From positions 75,764,001 to 75,828,000 of the forward strand of contig NC_043001.1 of the NCBI RefSeq assembly GCF_006345805.1: a stretch of DNA of 64,000 nucleotides, given 5' to 3'. Shown here piece after piece: positions 23,613 through 36,991 of the stretch; the first letter of the stretch is position 1, and the number at the start of each line of letters is the position of its first letter. The notes beneath the pieces were generated by a model. The model worked only from the letters and a program-made list of their open reading frames with translations. It did not search any database and was not told where the DNA came from. The stretch is from Octopus sinensis (Eukaryota). Made by a program: the position numbers and the translations under genes.

Positions 23613-26600
23613 ACTTTTATAGGCACAAGGCCTGCAATTTTGGGGGAGAGAGCTAGTCGATTACATCGACACAAGTTTTCAACTGGTACTTATTTCCTTG
23701 TTTCTGAAAGGATGAAAGGCAAAGTTTACCTCAGCGGAATTTGAACTCAGGACGTAAAGGCGGACAAAATGCCGCTAAGCATTTTGCTCGGCGTGCTAAC
23801 GATTCTGTCAGCTCGCCGTCTTCAAAGTACTTGAAATAACCCTTTCTACTATAAGCACAAGGCCTGAAATTTGGGCGGAGGGGACTAGTCGACTACATCA
23901 ACCTCAGTGTTTCACTGGAACTTAATTTATCGACCCCGAAAATACTTGAAATAATGATTTCTAATTTGTGCATAAGAATACGTGGTGATACTTCATTTTA
24001 TTGAGCTAGGAGGTCTGAGAGGCAAAGGCGACTTCTGTGGGATTTGAACGCAGGTCATGACGAGTGGAAATAAATGATGCAAAGCATTTTCTAAAAGCTT
24101 TAAAGCGCTTGAATTCATACTTTCTTTATTCTTTCTTTAATAATTATTTCCACTATAGGCACAAGACCTGAAATTTTTGGAGGAGTTGAGTAGATGGAGT
24201 TAGTTGATTACATCAACATCAAATAGTACTCAATTTATCGACCCCAAAGGGATAAAAGGTAAATTCGACTCGGCGGAATTTTAACTCACATCGTAAACAC
24301 GGATGAAATGCCGCTAAGCATTTTCCCTGGAGTGCTAACGATACGATTCTGCCTGCTCGCTAGTTTAATAATGGCTTCTAATTGTAGCACAAGGCTAGGA
24401 GACAGAGCAATTCGATTGCATCGACTGCAGTACTTAACTAATACTTGAATATTAACACAAAATGACTGGAGCTCGGAACATAAAGAGCCAGAAGGAATAT
24501 CGATAAGATTACGTCTGGCAGGCTCAAGAGACTGCCGGCTCATCTATAATGCTAACAATTTTCAGCAACAAGGGAGAGTACTCTTACATTAATTTTTTAA
24601 ATTATTTCCCTTTAATTAAAAATTTTAAGTATGCACATCCTGGAATTCTTGCACGACCACAGCAGCATAGAATAACCGAAATAATATCGTGCTGGATTAA
24701 TTGTTTTATCTTGAAAATCTTTTACTACCCACTTTTTTCGCATAATGGACTGGGAAATCGCGTATACAACAAAATAATATAGTACATTTGATAATTACAT
24801 TTACATATACAGTATAAACTTTTCTACTCTTGGTATAAAGCCCGAAATTTTGCGGGGAGTGGCCACTCGATTAAATTGATCCCAGTACGTAGCTCTTACT
24901 TAATTTATCGACTCCGAAAGGATGAAAGGCAAAGTCAACCTCGGCGGAATTTTACCTCAGAACGTACAGACTGATGAAATACCTCTAAGCATTTCGCTCG
25001 GCGTGCTAACGTCTCGGCCAGCTCGCCGCCTTACATATACAGTATAATGCAAAAACGCCTGTTGACACGACACTCAACAAAATACAAAAATAATATAAAC
25101 AATTCATTTGTTTTGTATGACACGGGACGAAATGATCCATCATTCAGTCTCTTTGCATTTAGAGTTCAACGTACACCAGAGTGAACCATATTTTTCTTCC
25201 ACCAGCTTTGAAGTAATAATTTGTCTAGTGCCTGTTTAATTTGATAACTAGATCGATAAAGCCAAACTATAAACCTTTGTAATACCAGAAATCACCGACA
25301 AGAGATAGCTAAATGTCAAAGATAAAGCAGAGTTTATTGTAACGATCGGTCGGGAAATCAGCTGTATAATTGAATTCACTGGTACCAGGACAATGTGAGG
25401 CAAAGACAAACCTGGTTGAACTTTATTATTATTTTTTTCTTTCTTCAAGCTCCTCAAGACTCATAAGCCCGATTAACCGGTTTCCAAGGCGAAGATCATA
25501 ACACTCCCCTTCGACAGGGGTTTGATGATTTTCAAGATTCAAAGCCAGCAGATTTGAGTGGAGGTCGCAAGATGATTATATTGATTCGATTCCTTGACTG
25601 ATATTCCATTTTATCAAATCCCGAAGGGATAAAATGAGAAGTTGACATCAACAGGATTTGATTTTAGATCGTTACGTGTCAGAAGAAATGCCACAAAGTA
25701 TTCTGTCCGACGTGCTATGAATACATGTGAGGACTATAGGTACACCACTGATTTTCTGGTACCCTTTATTCCAAAGCTCAGGCAGATTAACCATTTTTCC
25801 CAACAGTGTTCTCGTAATAAACCTTTCTACTATAGGCACAAGGCCTGGATTTTGTGGGGAGGTAGACAGTCGATTACATCGACCTCAGTACTCCACTGGT
25901 ACTTAATTTATCGACCCCGAAAGGATGAAAGGCAAAGTCAACCTCGGCGGAATTTGAACGCTGAACACTGCGACGGACGAAATGTCGCTAAGCACGTAAT
26001 AATATTTTAGTGGTCACCTCGCCGAGGTCGACTTTGGCTTTCATCCTTTCGGGGTCGATAAATTAAGTACCAGTTACGCACTGGATTCGATCTAAACGAC
26101 TGGTCCCCTCCCCCCAAATTCCGGGCCTTGTGCCTAGAGTAGAAAAGAATATTTTAGTGGTCGCGTAATAATATTTTATCAAACCACCTATGCCATTCAT
26201 ATCAAACACCTTACATATCGAAATACTATCATCAATCTTTGTAGCAGTTCTATACCCTATTTCTTGAATCGATATAGATTGATATTTACGTCTGTAACAA
26301 CCACTAACGCCATTGGTTCTCTTACTTAAGATAACTTTAAACTAAATAAGCAGAGAAGCTCTCAAAATGTTAGCAACGTCACTAAGAAATGCAATGTAAA
26401 TAATTATTTCTACTCTCGGTACAAGGCCTTGAAAATTTTGCGGGGAAGGGAGCTGGTCGATTACATCGACCCCATTGCGTAACTGGTACTTAATTCATCG
26501 ACCCCGAAAGGATGAAAGGCAAAGTCAAACTCGGGCAGAATTTGAACACAGAATGTAGCGGCAGACCAAATACCTATTTCTTTACTACCTACAAGGGGCT

Positions 26601-26995
26601 AAGCACAGATGGGACAAACAAGGACAGACAAACGGATTAAGTCGATTATATCGACCCCAGTGCGTAACTGGTACTTAATTTATCGACCCCGAAAGGATGA
26701 AAGGCAAAGTCGACCTCGGCGGAATTTGAACTCAGAACGTAACGGCAGACGAAATACGTATTTCTTTATTACCCACAAGGGGCTAAACACAGAGGGGGAC
26801 AAACAAGGACAGACAGGTATTAAGTCGATTACATCGACCCCAGTGCGTAACTGGTACTTAATTTATCGACCCCGAAAGGATGAAAGGCAAAGTCGACCTC
26901 GGCGGAATTTGAACTCACAACGTAACGGCAGACGAAATACGGCTACGCATTTCGCCCGCCGTGCTAGCGTTTCTGCCAGCTCGCCGCCTTGAATA
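23613..26995 (-). mobile_element. Dense cluster of ~12 tRNA-SINE family A copies or fragments
   Basis: Repeated core gtacttaatttatcgaccccgaaaggatgaaaggcaaagtcgacctcggcggaatttgaactcagaacg. The 24818-25030 copy has a 17-bp TSD ttacatatacagtataa (24801-24817 / 25031-25047). Confidence 0.9.
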
Positions 26996-27974
26996 CAATG
27001 AATACAATGTAAATAATGCCTATGAAAACAGTATACACAATGCCACCTATGGTTGTGCAGTGAACTACACTGACGACTAGGGAAATTTCAAGTTTGCCCT
27101 CATAATCTATCCGGATTAAAGGTGACGGATATTTAGTTGACGAAAATTGGCGGTGTACTTGTACTGACAAATCACGTGATTACAGTTGAAGGGAGCAAAA
27201 TGTTGCAGTCGACATATCATTCGGAAGACCATGAGATCAAGAAAACCACAATCCTTTTATACTTATTTATTTGTTTGTTTTTGTTTCTGTGTTTATTTTG
27301 CATAATTTAATCACGGGAGGAAAAGCAAGATTCTCTTCGCCCTTTTCCAAGGCCTCAAAGACTAATGGTAGGAAGGGTGGACGTTATCCCTAGATCAGAT
27401 CAGAGACCTAGGCCAAAAACTTGTAACAGCGTGGAGTCTATCAAAAATATCGAAGGAGTGCTTTAAAACCGGGTCATAGATAAATTCTACAAACCAACGG
27501 AACCTTTCTTCGAAAGCAACTGCATTAACTCGATGAATTATGAGAATTATGAGTTCTTGAAATATTCCAAGACTGTCATGAAAAGATTTAATATTTTCTA
27601 CGTTATTACTACATGTGGTAACAAAAGGTTATACAGTAAGTTTATGCGTAATTTCATAATGCTGAAAAAAACCTGGTGCAGAGTGGGTGTATCATAGATG
27701 AAGTTGCTAATAGCAATGAAAGAAGATTGAAAAATCCAGTTGATTGATTGACTAAACAGTTAATTAAACAATCGATACGTTAATTAGTTAAATCGTTCAC
27801 CAATTCACTAATAAAAATAAAGAAGTTAAATAGAACAAGTGCACGCGTTCATTGATGGCGTAATGACCTGTTCTAGCTACATCAACAATTATTCACACAC
27901 ACATACACAAACGTACGTATGTATATATGTATGTATGCATGTGTCAATCTATGTATGTATATCTCTATCTATCC

Positions 27975-28056
<82 letters not shown>

Positions 28057-28073
28057 CACACGCACGCACACAT

Positions 28074-28106
<33 letters not shown>

Positions 28107-28160
28107 CAGGTGGTGCTATTAAGTTAGACATGGCCTGGGCCAATACTGGCCAAAACCTTT
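28107..28160 (+). mobile_element. Short 3'-terminal fragment of the same CR1 family as 7800-8820
   Basis: caggtggtgctattaagttagacatggcctgg equals the reverse complement of 7818-7849. Confidence 0.8.
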
Positions 28161-28539
28161 CTCAGTTATTCTATGTTATATACAAAACACGAACGGTGCT
28201 GTGTTGTCAAACATTTAAACCAAATTTTCTCAAAACAACTTTCCGACTGTCCCATAGGCCTCCCCTTTGAGAAACACTGATTTAACCTAAATTTGAGACA
28301 CCAGCAAAAGAAGAAATAAAGATAGACTTTTTTTCGATTTCAAAGAAAAACGATTTTATTCACACAAATATTCAACTGAAGAGTTTAAAGTACCAGTAAT
28401 GAAAAGACTGTTGACTGAGAGAACACAAACATGGTTTAAACAGTAAGCTTGGCAGGAAAGAAACGTGCCTCTAAGCAGTACAAAGACAACAAAACATGCA
28501 GTTATGTACTGGTTGACGGAAAGAAAGCAGGACAAAAAC

Positions 28540-28715
28540 GGCTTTATCGATCGTATTCTCACATGGAATCGATTTTGGAATTTTTTAAAGATTTATACAC
28601 GCCCTGATACCGTCGGTATCTACATATCAAATTTGAGCGCAATCGGATGGAGGGTGCCCGAGATCTTAGAAGACACACACGCAGACAGACAGAACGGATT
28701 TTATATAATAGATAT
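28540..28715 (+). mobile_element. Helitron/Helentron-type non-autonomous element 3' part
   Basis: caaatttgagcgcaatcggatgg..gagatct..acacacgcagacagacaga..ttttatataatagat, the architecture of DINE-1/Lep1-like elements. Similar relic at ~51830-51990. Confidence 0.5.
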
Positions 28716-29099
28716 ACAGTAGCAAACTGAAGAAAAGAAATCTTTCAAAGGGGTCTGTTAAACATCCAATTCACTGGTACTTCAGCTGGATACTATATAA
28801 AAATTGGTATAATTCAATATTAAAGATAAATTAAATATAGAGATATTCTATTGACAATCCAATAATTTATTTATATTACAATATTACCTTAAATACTAAG
28901 AATATAATATATAACGTAACATATTATATAAATAATTATAAAAATTGTAAAAGGCCAACAAATTCTTTCGACTTGTATATATATTTTTCCTGTAATACAT
29001 AATCACAGTTCCATTATATCGCTTAAGGGTCCTTAGTTCAGAAATGTATTTGTGTGTATATATATCTGGATGTGAGTGTATCTTTATGTATATATGTAT

Positions 29100-29462
29100 G
29101 GAGGCGCAATGGCCGAGTGGTTAGGGCAGCGGACTCGCGGTCGTAGGATCGCGGTTTCGATTCACAGACCGGGCGTTGTGTGTGTTTATTGAGCGAAAAC
29201 ACCTAAAGATCCACAAGGCTCCGGCAGGGGATGGTGGCGAATTCTGCTGTACAACTTTCTCTCACTCTTTCTTCCTGTTTCTGTTGTACCTGAATTTCAA
29301 AGGGCCAGCCTTGTCACACTCTGTCACGCTGAATCTCCCTGAGAACTACGTTAAGGGCACGTGTCTGTGGAGTCCTCATCCACTTGCACGTTAATTTCAC
29401 GAGCAGGCTATTCCGTTGATCGGATCAACTGGAAACCTCGTTGTCGTAACCGACGGAGTGCC
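29100..29462 (+). mobile_element. tRNA-derived SINE family C, full length
   Basis: ggcgcaatggccgagtggttagggcagcggactcgcggtcgtaggatcgcggtttcgattc head; tail ccgttgatcggatcaactgg..gtcgtaaccgacggagtgcca. Confidence 0.88.
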
Positions 29463-29557
29463 ATTAAAAAATGTATAAATATGTATGTATGTGTACGTAT
29501 CTATTTGTGTACAAGTATGTGTGTGTATGTATGTGTGTACATCTATGTAAATGTATA

Positions 29558-29659
<102 letters not shown>

Positions 29660-30249
29660 ATAGTAAAAAATAGTGTCATTTGACTTACTAAATAAATTTA
29701 ATAACCAAAATAATAATTATTATAGTAATGTATAATTTATAAATCGTATTCTTATTAAAACGTTTGGATATGTACCATATATTGTCCATCATTTTTGAAA
29801 ATAATAATATAGATTAGTTTATCAGGAACTGTGCTTCTTGACTGTTTGGTTTGTATTGATGATTTCTGTCGATTCACTAAATCATCCCTTCCATGGTGTG
29901 CGAATAAAAATCATTTCTTAAGTAACTTCAAATCTGGTTACCACTAAAAAATTAGTAAATTTGATTTCCATTGCCGTAGCCTAATATATATATAATCGAA
30001 ATAAGCAACAAGGATATCCAAGGTAGTGTAGTACAATCGTTTCATGCTACTTCATTTTATTAAACAATGTAAATATTACATCAGTTTGAAAATGTAGAGC
30101 AATTTTAAGTCACATATAGAATTTTTTAATTAAATGGACAATGTACATTTTTATATTTATTTCATTTGCCAACATTACAAGGAGGGTAGATATATAGACA
30201 GAGAGGTTAATTTCATCATTAAGAACATGGTAGTAGAAGGTCCTTCTCC

Positions 30250-31964
30250 ATCTGTAGATTTTTTATCACTGAGTTCGCTTTGTTATTTAGATTTATCATT
30301 ACAAAATAAACAAGGCATCCTAGTCCCGGCTGATAAAACTGGAAACCTATATAGACTTGAATATACAACGTACAGTAAACTTATTAGAAAAGAACTGAAC
30401 TTGAGATATAAAATAACTACAAATAACTGAGGGATATTAATTTAGAAATGAAAAAGGTTATGATGAAATATGATTTAGTCGACAGGACAGAAGCTTTAAC
30501 ATCGTGTGAACCTAAAATTAATCTTAAGCACAAGAAGAAAAATTTCTGTGAGAACCCTTCTGTAAGACTTATATGCCCAACTAAGTCAGATACTGGCCGA
30601 CTTAGTAAATCTATTTTGGACAATATTCTACCCCATATAATCCCTAACCTTTCCTTGAAATTATGGATTAACACTGATGAGGTAATCAATTGGTTTAAAT
30701 CTTTAAATTATAATAGCAGATATTCTTTCATCCAAATTGATATTAATTACTATTCTAGTATATTCCATATTCTCCTAAATAAATCACTTATTTTCGCGAA
30801 AAACCTCTCTCTCATAACTAGGGAAGAAATTGATATTATTTTACTAGCTAGAAAAATTATCATTGAATTTGAGGGAAAATTGTGGACTAGAGCTGATACC
30901 CCAAATAACTTTGATATACCCATGGGCTCTAGTAATTCGGCGAAGGTAACTAATTCAGTAGGAACTTATTTATTAAAATGCATAAGTAGAGAGATCCCCG
31001 AATTACAAGGGTGTTTATATAGGGATGATGCATTATTTATCGTCCCTAGTAATAATAAATCGATAATTGAGAGAATAAGGAAGAAAATTAGTAGATTTTT
31101 CAAGGATTTCGACTTAGGCATCACTTATGAATATAACACTAAGATAATTAACTTTCTAGATGTTACTTTAGATTTAAACTCAAAATTATATTACCCATAT
31201 AGAAAAGATGGTGAAGTTACTAGATACGTAAATAAATTATCAAATCACCCCCACCCCAATATACTGAAATCGATAGTGAGAAGTATTTCAAAAAGAATTT
31301 CAAAATTATCATCTAACAATGAAAGTTTTAATACCCACTCACATCATTACAATGTTGCCTTATCTAGAGCAGGATATGACCAGGAAATCACCTTCCTAGA
31401 TCTTGATAATATAAATCTTTCAAATGAAAAACTGAGTGAAAAGAGCTCAAGTAATATAGAATCTTCAATTTAAAACAAAAATATAAATCAACCAAAACAG
31501 ATAACCTAGTACATAAGCCAGTTACAATAAATAGAAATCGTAAACAGGACATAAATATATATAAAAAGGTTAAGCTAGATAAAATAAATACAAATAATAA
31601 TATAAAAATCTCTCCCACTGATAAACCTAATAAATATAAATATAAGACTAAAGAGAATAACAAATCTCTAAAGGATATAGATAACATTAATCTTTCCCCC
31701 CTTACTCAAATAAAAAATTTAAAAGAAAAAATGTATTGCTAGATATTCCCTTCAACTAGGCAATTTCTACGAACATATACGGCAAATTTATGTCCATACT
31801 AGAAACAAATTTCCCTGCTTCCCATAAATATCATAAAATTATTTCTAGTAAATCAGTGAGAATATCATACTCTACTCTTCCAAATAGGGGTACCATAATA
31901 GCGAGACTAAATAGGGAAAATATTAAGAAATGTTATAAATAGCAACAACAACAACAACAACAGC

Positions 31965-32046
<82 letters not shown>

Positions 32047-32600
32047 TAAACAACAATAATAATAATGATATCAATAATATAAATGATAATAATAAAAATG
32101 CGGAAAGTAAGGAAATAAAGAAAAGATTAATAGCTCTAATAATGAAAATGAAAACAGCTTGTTCCTAAATGATACTAATATCAGGAATCATCCCCCTAGT
32201 TGTAATTGTAGAATTAGATCAAGATGTCCGTTATCTGATCGGTGTCTGGTTCAAAATGTAATTTATAAATCTACAATAATGACTTTAAATAATAGCTATC
32301 TTTATTTCAGATGTTCGATAGACCTGAAAAAACGTTTGAACAATCATTTTTCTAGTTTTAGGCTTAAACATAAGGCGGGTTGCACAACGCTTTCCAGTAA
32401 AATTTGGGAATTGAAAGAAAAACAAAATCGAATTTAACCTAATAAAAAAGGAACAGCGTTATAAAAATAGTATGGATACACGTGAACTTTGTCCTATGGA
32501 GACATATGAAATTTTGAAACATAGGAATAATATAAACTTATTGAATAACCGTTCTGAACTAGGAGTATCCTGCATACTTTGCGCCACCCGTACTTTTAAG
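30250..32600 (+). mobile_element. Penelope-like retroelement (RT + GIY-YIG), disrupted
   Basis: LVPADKTGNLY; RT ORF 30448-31473; linker FPASHKYHKII..VRISYSTLPN; (AAC)n(AAT)n at ~31940-32050; GIY-YIG region CNCRIRSRCPLSDRCLVQNVIYKS..KKRLNNHFSSF. Confidence 0.92.
30448..31473 (+). pseudogene. Penelope-type reverse transcriptase (partial ORF, 341 aa)
   Basis: FIQIDI, IPMGSSNS, LYRDDALF, NFLDVTLDL, YVNKLSNHP motifs; stops break it at both ends. Confidence 0.9.
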
Positions 32601-32899
32601 TATTTTAAATAATAAGTCTTCTGACAATTCCTAAATTTTCAAATCCTAATATTTTGTAACCAAATAAGGATTTAATATACCATACTAGCTTTTATTTAAC
32701 CTGCATAGATTATTAAGAAATTTTATAATATAAATAAATTTGAATAAAGTGAATTTTGAATCTTTTGATACTTTCCTATATAGGATTGCATAAATTCTAT
32801 ATATCTAATGAAATTATTTAGTTCATCTTGATTACCTCCCTTCCATTACATTTTAATATATCTTATAGACTCTTGATGTATGTGCTAATTGATAAGTGC

Positions 32900-33190
32900 G
32901 TGACTTACTTATTTTCGTCCTGAAAACGGACGAAATACCGCAAACCATTTTCGCCGATGGGCTAACAATTCTGCCAGCTTGCCGCCTTAGTGCAATATAA
33001 TAGTTTCAAATTTTGACACAAAGCCAGCAATTTTATGGGAGTGGGTAAGTGTATTACTTCGATTCCAGTGTGCGACTGATACTTATTTTAACGTCCCCGA
33101 AAGGTTGAAAGGCAAAGTCAACTTCAGTGGAATTTGAACGTAAAGGCCGACGAAATGCCGTTAAGCATTATGTCTAGCTTGCTTATGGTT
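32900..33190 (-). mobile_element. Two decayed SINE family A fragments
   Basis: ggacgaaataccgc..ctgccagcttgccgcc and gaaaggttgaaaggcaaagtcaacttcagtggaatttgaac. Confidence 0.75.
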
Positions 33191-33838
33191 CTGCCAGCCC
33201 GGCACCTTATTAGAGTGTAATTTCATACAGTAGAATGGTTTCTAATTTTGGGACAAAGCCTGTAATTTGGGGTGGAGGGAGAGTTTGTGGTAAGTCGATA
33301 CCATTGATTGCATAAAACACAAAGTTGACCTCCGTAAGATTAGAACCCAGAACGTAAAGAATCCTCGGGCTCAAGACAGTATTGTCCATAGGTCGTTGCT
33401 GTTGTTGTTCTTACTTGTTTTGCTCTTGTTGCTTATGAAAATTCTGATGATGATGAATAAACCTAAAACCATGACTTCTCCCACCAAGTTAAGATATTCT
33501 ATACCATTTCATGCCATAATCGAGTAAGGGCTAAAACAATTAAAAGCCACTCCAATTTCCTCACTATTTCAATTTCGTAAAGTTTGACCCATATTTCTTG
33601 GACTTTTCAGTAGAGAGTATCTTTATAATTCTTCAATATTTACTTTCTAGCAAGGCGACGAGCTAGCAGAAACGTTATATCTGCCACCAGATTGGACATC
33701 GCTCATATATCTCCATATTTCACTAGGTCGGACAGCCTTTACATATATCTCATTAATAGATAACGCCACTCTGCAAGTTATACACACACATATACATATA
33801 TATACATATAAACATGTATATGTATATATATATGTATA

Positions 33839-33900
<62 letters not shown>

Positions 33901-33913
33901 ATTTATTTATTTA

Positions 33914-33998
<85 letters not shown>

Positions 33999-34282
33999 AT
34001 AGACTTCCAGTCATTTCAGCCATGTATCTGTATCTACACACGCGCTGCTCTTGGACTATTTTTTCTTTCTCTTCGAACTTGCCTTTTCCCTCTTTCTGAC
34101 GTAGTGCCATGCGCGAGACGTGAGGCATACCCACTTTTTCTGTCTAAACTGACTGTCAGCGCAACGCATTCATTGTGTACGTCCTATGGGCTTTTATTGC
34201 TTTGTTTTATTTTTCTTTCGATTTGCATACACACACACACACACACACATACGAAATAAATCCAAGGTGATTCACAAGAAAA

Positions 34283-34494
34283 CAGGCATCTGAATTAATG
34301 GTCACTTACCCTGAATTTCAGGGTTATGAGCCCCTCTTCAGGAATTAGGGAATGTTGCAGATCTACATGTGTGTGAGTATGTGTGTGAGTACTCACACAC
34401 ATGTAGATCTGCAACATTAGCCAATTCTTGAAAAGGGTAATCATAACTCTGAAATATTTAATGCAGGGCAAGTCACCATTAATTCATATGCCTG
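34283..34494. repeat. Imperfect ~210-bp palindrome with hammerhead-like remnant
   Basis: Inner arms 34351-34379 / 34390-34418 are perfect, outer arms diverged. Minus strand carries CUGAAGA GGGG CUCAUAA CCCU GAAA. Confidence 0.8.
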
Positions 34495-34882
34495 CTTTCA
34501 TGTGATTTACCTTTGATTTATTTCTTATTGTTCCGGCTTTACGTACGAATTTTATATAATACATCCCACACAATGCTTCATACTAAACATTCCATTATAT
34601 ATATATATTTTCAAAGGAAAAAGAAGAAAATAGAGACTTTAAAGTTAATAAGAGTTTATTATCATGAAATAGATCATTATCCCTTACAGTTGTGGCTGTG
34701 TGGTAAGTAGCTTGCTTACCAACCACATGCGTGGCACCTTGGGCAAGTGTCTTCTACTATATCCTCGGGGCGACCAAAGCCTTGTGGGTGGATTTGGTAG
34801 ACGGAAAGTGAAAGAAGCCCGTCGTATATATGTATATATATATATATATATATACTTTATTTTAAGCAGCAGAAAATTCAAC

Positions 34883-34930
34883 AAAATCTGTTACTCTGAG
34901 TTTCTCGTTGCCGTTCATCAGACAGTTTTT
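34883..34930 (-). ncRNA. Candidate minimal type I hammerhead ribozyme
   Basis: AAAA A CUGU CUGAUGA A CG-GCAA-CG A GAAA CU-CAG-AG UA ACAG A UUUU. Confidence 0.55.
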
Positions 34931-35849
34931 GCTAGAATGGAACCGATATATCAATTCAATCTATACTCTTACAAACGCTACACCTTTAAAAAGAAATGGA
35001 CTTGTTTGATTGGCCCTTTAGAAAAAACGGTCAATCTTCGAGCGATAAACAAAAAGGTCAAAAATATATGTATATATATATAAAAAAACTTATAAAAATT
35101 ATAAAATCCGAGGAAAAAACCTTACATTGAATAAAATACATATTGACGTTAATGAAGAAAGTGCAAATTAATGCATAGAAATTAAACCTGTTATAAATAT
35201 TACACTGCAATACATATTTATATTAAAATCTACATATATATATCAACATACACAAAATTATGCGCGCAAACGCCATACATATACAGACGTATGAATATAA
35301 ATCTAAATATACACATAAAAGCATGTGTACATATATTCACGCAAAACCATCTCGCACGCAAGTTAAAGATGATCTATGTAGCGATTCTCATATACTGAGT
35401 AAGGGGGGGGAACGAAAGAAAGGGAGAGAGAGAAAAAGGAACGAAGGAGGTGTGGGGAAAAAAACGAAATAAGAAAAAATTATGTATACAAGCAGTGTAA
35501 CGTCATTATTGGCATATATGGAGACAAGTATACATACACAAGTTTGAATGGATACATATACATAGTCGTGTATATATGTGTGCTTAAGCACAAACATACT
35601 TTCACTTACACATACACAGATACGCATGCTTACAAATACATATGCTTTGCTATACACATATTTATATCAACATTCTAATTTTGACAACATTGCTTTTTTT
35701 TAAAAAAACATTGCTTTTTTTAAAAAAAAATGGGTGCATTAATAAAAATACATACGAAAGACATATAAAATAAAATATAACATCCTATTTTGGGTCATTT
35801 ATAAATAATCAAGGTAATATAAATAATCAAGGTAATCCTATACAATACA

Positions 35850-36397
35850 ATAACATGAAAACAAAGTTGGAGGTTTTTCCTAATATATATGTAGAAACAT
35901 AAGACTTTGCTATACGGATTAAGATCCGCATAGCTTGGAAACAAAATCCATCGTAGCGCTCATCGTTCAAGAGTCAAAATCAAAATCAAAAATACAAAAT
36001 ATATACTCTATCCATATGGTATATTTATATTCGATATTTTAAATTTAGCCGCGTGCCTACATAAGTTCATTAGTTCACTTCTTTGATTCAAAGAATTATT
36101 GTTTTTGAATAAGATGTACATTTTTTCTAATAGACAAAGCTTGCACTTGAAATTATTTTTGTATGCTCCATGCCTGTATGGTGCCGCCCTGTCCAGAATG
36201 CTCCATGTCACGTTGAAAGGTGGGGCTTCCTTTTCTTTTAGTTCCCAGACATATTTTGCTAGGCTGGTTTTCTTCCTATTCTCTGGGTATTTAAATGAAT
36301 TTTTATGAGAATAAAATCTTGTTTTAAATGAATTTTCTGAAGCCCCTGTGTATGTCTTGTATTCCGATGAGCCTTCCACTTGCACCTTGGCTCTATA

Positions 36398-36400
<3 letters not shown>
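35850..36400 (-). mobile_element. Penelope-like GIY-YIG endonuclease 3' fragment
   Basis: VYRAKV..YTGASENSFKTRFYSHKNSF..TSLAKYVWELKE..WSIL..CKLCLLEK..LNQRSELMNLCRH; truncated upstream by (TA)n and a SINE. Confidence 0.9.
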
Positions 36401-36441
<41 letters not shown>

Positions 36442-36991
36442 GTGTGTGTATATGTTTGTGTGTCTGTGTTTGTCCCTCTAACATCCCCGTAACTTAGCGG
36501 TTCTGCAAAATAGACCGATAGAATAAGTACTAGGCTTACAAAGAATAAGTCCTGGGGTCGATTTACTCGACTAAGGGTGGTGCTCCAGCATGGCCAGTCA
36601 AATGACTGAAACATGTTAATGAGTAAAAGAGTGAAATTAATTAAATATTAAATTTCTGAGCATAATCACTTTAGAGGGGAAAATATACCCTTAGATGTTA
36701 TGTATGTTTGTTTGTAGAAATTATACAATAAATTACAATATGAATAAAGTACAATATAAATAAGGTAAGGAAGTATTATTTATAATGTACTTTATTCATA
36801 GTATAATTTACACTATAATCTTTATTTATTCATTCATTTATTACTCTAATTCTATTTACCTACTCTATCCTACCTACAACCAGCCTGCAAACCCCTCACC
36901 AGAACATATAAATACAAACCATAAAGAGAAACATTTAGACAACTGCGATGAATCTACAAACAAACACACATTACATCTAAGGGTATATTTC

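Noticed and set aside
26405-26995. Regularly spaced ~180-bp repeats resembling a CRISPR array or satellite
   Set aside because: The units are SINE bodies with no unique spacers; the context is eukaryotic with no cas genes.
29100-29175. tRNA-gene-like sequence (also 21478, 18444, 23390-23455, 62608)
   Set aside because: These are SINE heads: acceptor stems do not close properly and each continues into a shared SINE body.
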